From Octopus bimaculoides (taxonomy: Eukaryota): a stretch of DNA of 64,000 nt. Of this stretch, positions 1-64,000 are shown piece by piece; position 1 is the first letter of the stretch; the number at the start of each line of letters is the position of its first letter. The position numbers and the translations under genes were made by a program. The stretch lies in assembly GCF_001194135.2 (NCBI RefSeq), contig NC_068981.1, positions 80,482,645 through 80,546,644 on the forward strand, read 5' to 3'. Below the pieces are notes generated by a model that was not told the DNA's origin, made no database searches, and was given only the letters and a program-made list of their open reading frames with translations.

Positions 1-57600
<57,600 letters not shown>

Positions 57601-57670
57601 TCACTTAAAATTTGTAAAGGGTCTTATCAATGTCAAAGGTTTGGATGTGTGTGTATATTTCTTTTACTTA

Positions 57671-57997
57671 TTTCAGTCATTTGACTGCAGCCATGCTGGA
57701 GCACTGCCTTGTACAAATCAACGCCAGGACTTGTTCTTTGTAAGCCTAGTGCTTATTTTATTGGTCTGTTTTGCTGAACCGCTAAGTCAGGGAGACGCAA
57801 ACACCAACATCGGTTGTCAAGCAATGGTGGGGGACAAATACAGATAGAAATACACACACGCGCACGCGCGCACACACAGAGGCTTTAAGTTTCTGTTTAC
57901 CAAATTCACTCAAAGCTTTGGTTAGCCTGAGGCTATAGTAGAAGGCCCTTCCCCAAGATGCCACGCATTGAGGCTGAACATGGAACCATGTAGTTGG
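57671..57997 (-). mobile_element. tRNA-derived SINE, antisense
   Basis: Reverse complement of the family body (caccaacatcggttgtcaagcaatggtgggg...aaattcactcaaagctttgg). Confidence 0.72.
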
Positions 57998-58742
57998 AGT
58001 TTTTTTTTTAATGGTATTTTTAAAGAGAAAAATCCCAAGAATTGCCATATGGCAAACCTGTCTGGCTGTTTTTGAAATTGTTTTGGGTGAGTTTACTTGT
58101 CGCACTCTGGAAAAGACAAATTGGCTGAAGACAAGTTGACTTGTCTTTGGTGGGTATGGGGTTAAAGGAGATGTGTGTGTGTGTCTATATATATATATAT
58201 AATATATAGTTTATGAAGCTCAATGTATATAATGCATTCTGGAACTTGAATTTAGAGTTCTATCATTAAATTTTTTTAATATTAGCAATGCAAAGGTGTC
58301 TTTCTATCATAATCAAAATTTTAAAGATTTGCCAATATTTTCACATTTTTGTGGTGGTGTTACTGAAGAAGCTACATATTAACTTCACTATTTGAGGTCC
58401 TAGCTTGTGTTAGGAAATATTTTAGCAATATCAAGTTAACTCCTTCAACATTTATTTGCATTAAAAAGTAATTTATCCCAGTTTTAGTTAACAAAAGCTA
58501 ACTCTAATATTTGTGAGTAAACCAACCATATTCAAAGCTTAGGCTACTTTCTATAGCCAGTAGAACACTATGTATATTGTAAGTCTGTGAAGTTCTCCAG
58601 TTAATAAGTTTATTGCTCCAGTCTCTTTTTTTTCTTGTTGGTTAGGTAACCACTATACTCATGCTTGTCTAGATCTTGGAGAGCTTATGTTCAGGCAGTC
58701 TATGATCAAATGTGTTCCTCCTAGGATTTTTTTTATTTTGCA

Positions 58743-59045
58743 GGTGCAGGAGTGGCTGTGTGGTTAGAAGCTTGCTTCCCAACTGCATGGTTCTGGGTTC
58801 AGTCCCATTGCAAGGCACCGTGGGCAAGTCTTTTACTATAGCCTTGGGCCAACCAAAGCCTTGTGAGTAGATTTAGTAGACAAAAACTGGAAGAGGCCTG
58901 TCGTATATATTTGTGTGTGTCTGTGCTCCCACCATTGCTTGACAACCGACGTTGGTGTATTTACATCCCTGTAACTTAGTTCAACAAAAGACCGATAGAA
59001 TAAGTACTGGTGTTGGTTTGACTATAGGCAGTGCTCCAGCAAAAA
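58743..59045 (+). mobile_element. tRNA-derived SINE
   Basis: ggtgcaggagtggctgtgtggttagaag head, GGTTCAGTCCC B-box, family body. Confidence 0.75.
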
Positions 59046-60940
59046 GATACTTAGAGTAATGTTCTCTTGATTTAACCAGTCTAACACCCTAGCAAGTATT
59101 AAAAGTTCTGCTTGAACAAGGAAAAATATAAATTATCCTTCAGATCTGTAAGTTATCTGTTGGCTCAAATTTTGCTCCCAGTCAATTTTAAGGCTCCTTC
59201 AAAATCCAGTTGTAAATTATTTTCCTTGGTGATAATGGTGTTGGGCTTGCATACTGCTATTACTCATAGGTGCCAAGTAGGCTATGGTTTCAATTGAACT
59301 CAGAATACACAGAAGTGGGACCAACACTGTCAAAATATCTCTGCCAGTCTATTGACTTAGGCTGGTATTTAATTTACCAACCCCAGGTGGATGAAAACAA
59401 AGTTGGTCTCAGCAGGGTTTGAGCTCAAAATACAAGGAACTGGGTTAAATACTACAATGCATTTCACCTGACACTCAACTTGGTTAATCCTCTGCCTTTG
59501 ATTTTATTAGCTCATCATAGAGTGAATACCACCATGAACAATGTCCAAACTACAGTGGAAAAAGTTAGCTACTGGATTTGGTTAAAAAGAGATGATGAGC
59601 TATGGCTAGAAGAATATCGAGCTTTATTTGATAACCAGCTGATCTAGCAAGTGGGGCCTCATATCAGTGAGGGGGGCTGGTGTGCAATGATTCTGTCTAG
59701 AAGTAGGCCCTGAAACGTCATGCATTCTCTCCTGATGACTGATGACCTCATACACTTGCTGGCTTCCAGTATGTGGAGCTTTCGACTGGTAGTACTTGCA
59801 TGTGCAAGTTTGTAAAACAATATACAAATGACTATTTAGAGAATGGAAAGTTATAATTGTAATCACAGTTTACTCATCTCATCTTTGAAATGGATTGTGG
59901 TTCAAGCATGGCTAAGTGGTGAGGAAGTTTGCTACTCAATCATGTGACTAGGTTCATTCCCACTGTATAGCCCCAGATTGAACAAAACTTTGTGAGTGGA
60001 CCTGGTAGACAAACTGAAAGAAGGCCTTTGTGTGTGTATATATATATGTATCATCATCATTTGATCTCTGGCTTCCTTAGTCCAATGGTAGGTCTGCATT
60101 ATGCCCTTGTGTTTACTTTCATATGGTTTCTATTGGATACTCTTTCTAATATCAACCATTTTACAGAATGTATGGGATGCTTTTTCCACGGTACCAGCAC
60201 TTGTGTGATTGCCTTGTAACTTACTAGGCTAAGGCCCTAAAGTGGTCCCTATCATTGAGGGGGAACAAAAGAAAGTGCAAGATGATTCTAGGTAGAGGGA
60301 TGGGAGTATGGCAAGGAAGGAATTTGTGACAGTTGTGAAAAAGGGAGGGATAAACTTGAAAAGATGATAGGGGAGGGTCTAAAGCAACCCAACACAAGAA
60401 GCAAATAATAGACGTGCTACGAGGGAAAGGAATAAAAACGGGTGGAGAGGAGTCATGGAAGGAATAGAGCTGTAGAGGGGGTCATGCAGGTAGATCAGTA
60501 GGGGCATTGGTGTTAAGATGGTAGAGAAACTATTGGGAAGAGGGTAGTGTAAGAAAGGAGGTAGAGAGGCAAGAAGTAGATGCTGGTGGGTAACATATAA
60601 GTAGAAAGAGCAGAGTGAATGTTGTAGAAAGCATCACAAATGAGGAGGCCAGAGAGGTAGGGGGGCATGGTAGTTCGGTGGAGCAAAGGTAAGAAAGGCT
60701 TGAGATTATACTAGAAGGGTAAGGACAGGTAATGGGATAACAGTAAGAGGATGTGTTGGATGACAATAGAGGTAACTAGGAAGAGAATGTACTGTAATGA
60801 AAAGATGGGAAATATAGAGGGGGTGGGGTAGAAGGTGCATCTGGTTGGGAACATTGTACATGCATATATCATTTGCACAGATATGTTGTAGCTTCTCAAT
60901 CACTACCCTTGTGTTAGGGTGTGCTTGTCAATGGGTGAAT

Positions 60941-61060
60941 GGGTTTTCTGTAGCACTGCATATCGCCAGTCAGTACAGTCCTTTGTTATCTTCCATGTGA
61001 AATATGGCCTCATCAGGTTATTCTTCACCATTTTGTCCCAAGCCTTCCTTGGCTTCCCTC
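60941..61060 (-). mobile_element. Divergent RTE ORF C-terminal fragment
   Basis: Reverse translation GKPRKAWDKMVKNNL...DWRYAVLQKT resembles the GRPKKTWDEMVKHDL end of the 61-kb copy. Confidence 0.5.
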
Positions 61061-61156
61061 TTCAAGAGGTGCAGCAATATCAAAGGAAGGCTAACTGGGA
61101 AGATAGTTTTTGTATGTGGCAGATGCTCAGGAGCAATAAACACTGAAAATGTGCCA

Positions 61157-62331
61157 CATTCCAGGGAGAAAAACTAAAAGTAGTTGATAGCTTCTATTAC
61201 CTAGGTGACCAAGTCAGTAGCGGGAGTGGGTGTGCTGAAAGTGTAACTGCTAGAATAAGAATAGCCTGGGCAAAGTTCAGAGAGCTCTTACCTCTGCTGG
61301 TGACAAAGGGTCTCTCGCTCAGAGTAAAAGGTAAACTGTATGACACGTCTACAAACAACCATGCTACATGCCAGTGAAACATGGGCTGTGACTGCTGAGG
61401 ACATGCGTAAGCTATCAAGGAATGAAGCCAGTATGCTCTGCTGGATGTGTAATGTCAGGGTGCATACTTGAGAGAAAAGTTGGACCTAAGAAGCATCAGT
61501 TGTCATGTGCAAGAGAGACGACCGCTGGTATGGTCATGTGGCGAGAATGGATGAGGTTGGCTGTGTGAAAAAGTGCCACACCCTAGTGGTTGAGGGATCC
61601 TGTGGAAGAGGTAGACCCAAGAAGACCTGGGATGAGATGGTGAAGCATGACCTTTGAACATTAGGCCTCACCGAGGCAATGACTAGTGACTGAGACCTTT
61701 GCAGATATGCTGTGCTTAAGAAGACCCGACAAGCCAAGTGAGCCCATAACCTGTAGCCTATGTCAGGAGTGTAACCAGCCCACTTATGCGTACCTTTCCT
61801 TCATTGGACACTAAACTCTGCTTGCGAAGACCTGTTGAGGCAAGTGAAATTGAAATCAAAATCAAATTCAATGACTGGCATCCGTACTAGTGGAGTGCTA
61901 AGAGCACCCTCCGAGCATGATAGTTGCCAGAGCATCTGACTGGCTTCCATGCTGGTGGCATGTAGAAAGCACCATTCGAGCGTGATTGTTACCAGCATCG
62001 CCTTGCCTTACTGGCACTTGTGCCAGTGACACATGAAAAATTATTTGAGTGAGGTCGTTGCCAGTGCCGCTGCACTGGTTCCTGTGCAGATGGCACTTAA
62101 AAAAACACCATTTGAGCATGGCCGTTGCCAATACTGCTTGACTGGCCCTTGTGCCATTGGCACGTAAAAGCACCCACTACATTCTCAGAGTGGTAGGCAT
62201 TAGGAAGGGCATCCAGCTGTAGAAACTGTCAGATCAGATTGGAGCCTGGTGCAGTCATCTTGTTTGCCAGTCCTCAGTCAAATCGTCCAACCCATTCCAG
62301 CTTGGAAAGCAGACGTTAAACGATGATGATG
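61157..62331 (+). mobile_element. 5'-truncated RTE LINE (ORF C-terminus, 3' UTR and (GAT)n tail)
   Basis: Encodes FQGEKLKVVDSFYYLGDQVSS..CAESVTARIRIAWAKFRELLPLL. Homologous to 25544-26360 in reverse; ends gacgttaaacgatgatgatg. Confidence 0.88.
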
Positions 62332-62950
62332 AGTACTTTTGTGTACAGAAGTTATGCACCACATGCCCAGGTACCAGTTCAACCTCCTCTTTTGCTCGCT
62401 AATTACTCTTATACCCAGTTTTTCTCTGAGCTCATTTGTAAACAATACACACCTGTTTGGAGCATGCTAGCTTCATTTCTTTCTAAGTCTTTGCAAATCT
62501 TCTATATTGAAGGCCTATACTTTGCTACAATGCAACATCACAGTTTTAACACAAGCATCAAACAATCCAGCCTTGACACTAAGTTGAAAAGACCTCTGTT
62601 ACCAGCTACAACAATAGCTCCTTCACATGATAATTATAAATGAGCACCACCAACATATAAGCAGCGTCTTTCATTTTCAATCTTCTGTGAAAACATCCAA
62701 CCATGGGACAATATTTCAGGTGAGGTTTGCTGGGAAGAAGATACTTACTGTAAAAAATCTGTATCAACAAATTTTCTGTGATGTCTTTCAGGCATATAAT
62801 AATGGATGATAAAACGATATTGAAAACTGTACACATCAAAAATAAAATTCAGGTAAGTATTTAGAAAATTGTACTTACATCTGTTATTTTTTCAGGCTAT
62901 ATTCAAAACAACTTACTGTTTAGTAATAGCATAGCACATTAATATATATA

Positions 62951-63064
62951 TTTCACCAGTCCTCAGTCAAATCGTCCAACCCATGCTAGCATGGAAAGCG
63001 GACGTTAAACGATGATGATGATGNNNNNNNNNNAGCGGACGTTAAACGATGATGATGATGATGA
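62951..63064 (+). mobile_element. RTE 3'-end fragment with (GAT)n tail, partly duplicated across a 10-N gap
   Basis: Same sequence as the 3' part of 42461-42645. agcggacgttaaacgatgatg appears on both sides of the Ns. Confidence 0.8.
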
Positions 63065-63504
63065 TATATATATATATATAGAGAGAGATATATAATATGT
63101 ATATATGTATGTATGTATGTATGTATGCATGTATGTATGTAAAGGTTGTGGCCATTTATCTAAGTCATGTTATTTTCCACTGTTTCCTCACCTTGTAACC
63201 TTTGTGTTTGTCAACTAGCCTTGATGAATTTTATGGCAGTATTTAATATGTTACAATGGCTATAAATATTTCAACTTAATTATTACTTTACAATAACAAA
63301 GCCTACCTACAGCCTTTTCATTATTTCCTTTTCTTTTAGGTAACCTATTTTATGTGACCTCTTCAAATACAAAATATATTTCTTTTGATCTTTCTTTTTT
63401 ACCCCTTGAACTAAATTGTTATTTCAAGGTCAACTCATGAAGTCATTTTTTTTTTGCGGTTTTAAGTTTGTTCGTTTGTTTTGACATCCTCCTGTGTTGT
63501 CCAG

Positions 63505-63632
63505 AAGTTTACTTCCTCACTGCATAGTTTTGGGTTCAGTCCAACTGTGTGGCACCTTGGACAGGTATCTTCTGCTATAGCCATGGGGTAACCAAAGCCT
63601 TATTAATGGATTTGGTAGATGGAAACTGAAAA
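63505..63632 (+). mobile_element. SINE head fragment abutting the RTE ORF at 63641
   Basis: ttgggttcagtccaactgtgtggcaccttggacagg...aaagcctt..ggatttggtagatggaaactgaaa, same family as above. Confidence 0.6.
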
Positions 63633-63640
63633 ACATGTTA

Positions 63641-64000
63641 TAGAGGTAGACAGGGCTATTAGACAAAAGAAACAGGCTTGGAAGGACTGGAAGAACGGTG
63701 GTAGCAGGGAATTGTACCAATGTGCCAGAAGGGAGGCTAGGCGACAGGTTTATTTAGCCAGAGGGGAAGCAGATAAGGAAAGATTTGCCAATGTTCTGCG
63801 CCGTGAGGACCAAAGACTCGAGGTATTTCGTGTTGCAAGACAGTGTAGGAGAGAGAATAGTGATGTTGTAGGAGAGAAATGTGTTCGCATGGATGATGGT
63901 ACGCTTGCATTAAATGAGGATGCAAAGAAAGAGGTCTGGAGATGCCACTACGATAGATTGCTTAATAAAGAGAATGAATGGGAGAAAGAGAGCCTGCCTT
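63641..64000 (+). mobile_element. RTE LINE ORF segment (EN-RT linker), 5'-truncated, open frame running off the window
   Basis: EVDRAIRQKKQAWKDWKNGGSRELYQ..ARREARRQVYLARGE...HYDRLLNKENEWEKESLP with no stop. Homologous to about 27410-27760 in reverse. Confidence 0.85.

Noticed and set aside
63001-63064. Apparent tandem duplication of the RTE tail
   Set aside because: The two copies flank a 10-N gap, so this is most likely unmerged contig overlap.

Overview
Eukaryotic, AT-rich genomic DNA. The repeat families look like those of octopus/coleoid cephalopods, but this is inferred from memory of such genomes and not verified. One plus-strand gene occupies <1-55014: a PRRC2 (BAT2/Nocte) family member. 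I traced 27 exons by hand; all have GT-AG boundaries with matching phases and give about 2742 aa inside the window. The N-terminus (BAT2_N) lies upstream and is not visible. The most unusual feature is the first visible exon (>2.2 kb), which encodes about 700 aa of almost lysine-free, charge-neutral Arg/Asp/Glu sequence built on a 13-aa tandem unit. A second repeat type (HW-R-x-x-DK plus a His-Pro tract) lies in exon 8. Introns and the downstream flank hold decayed RTE LINEs, tRNA-derived SINEs, a full-length but dead mariner with 30-bp TIRs, hAT-like MITEs and a Helentron-type element. They also hold a ~250-bp inverted repeat pair bracketing exons 20-22, a decayed partial copy of exon 11 and a pre-miRNA-like hairpin. 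Assembly gaps lie at 29840-30803, 31262-31271 and 63024-63033. Exon numbers refer to this window only.
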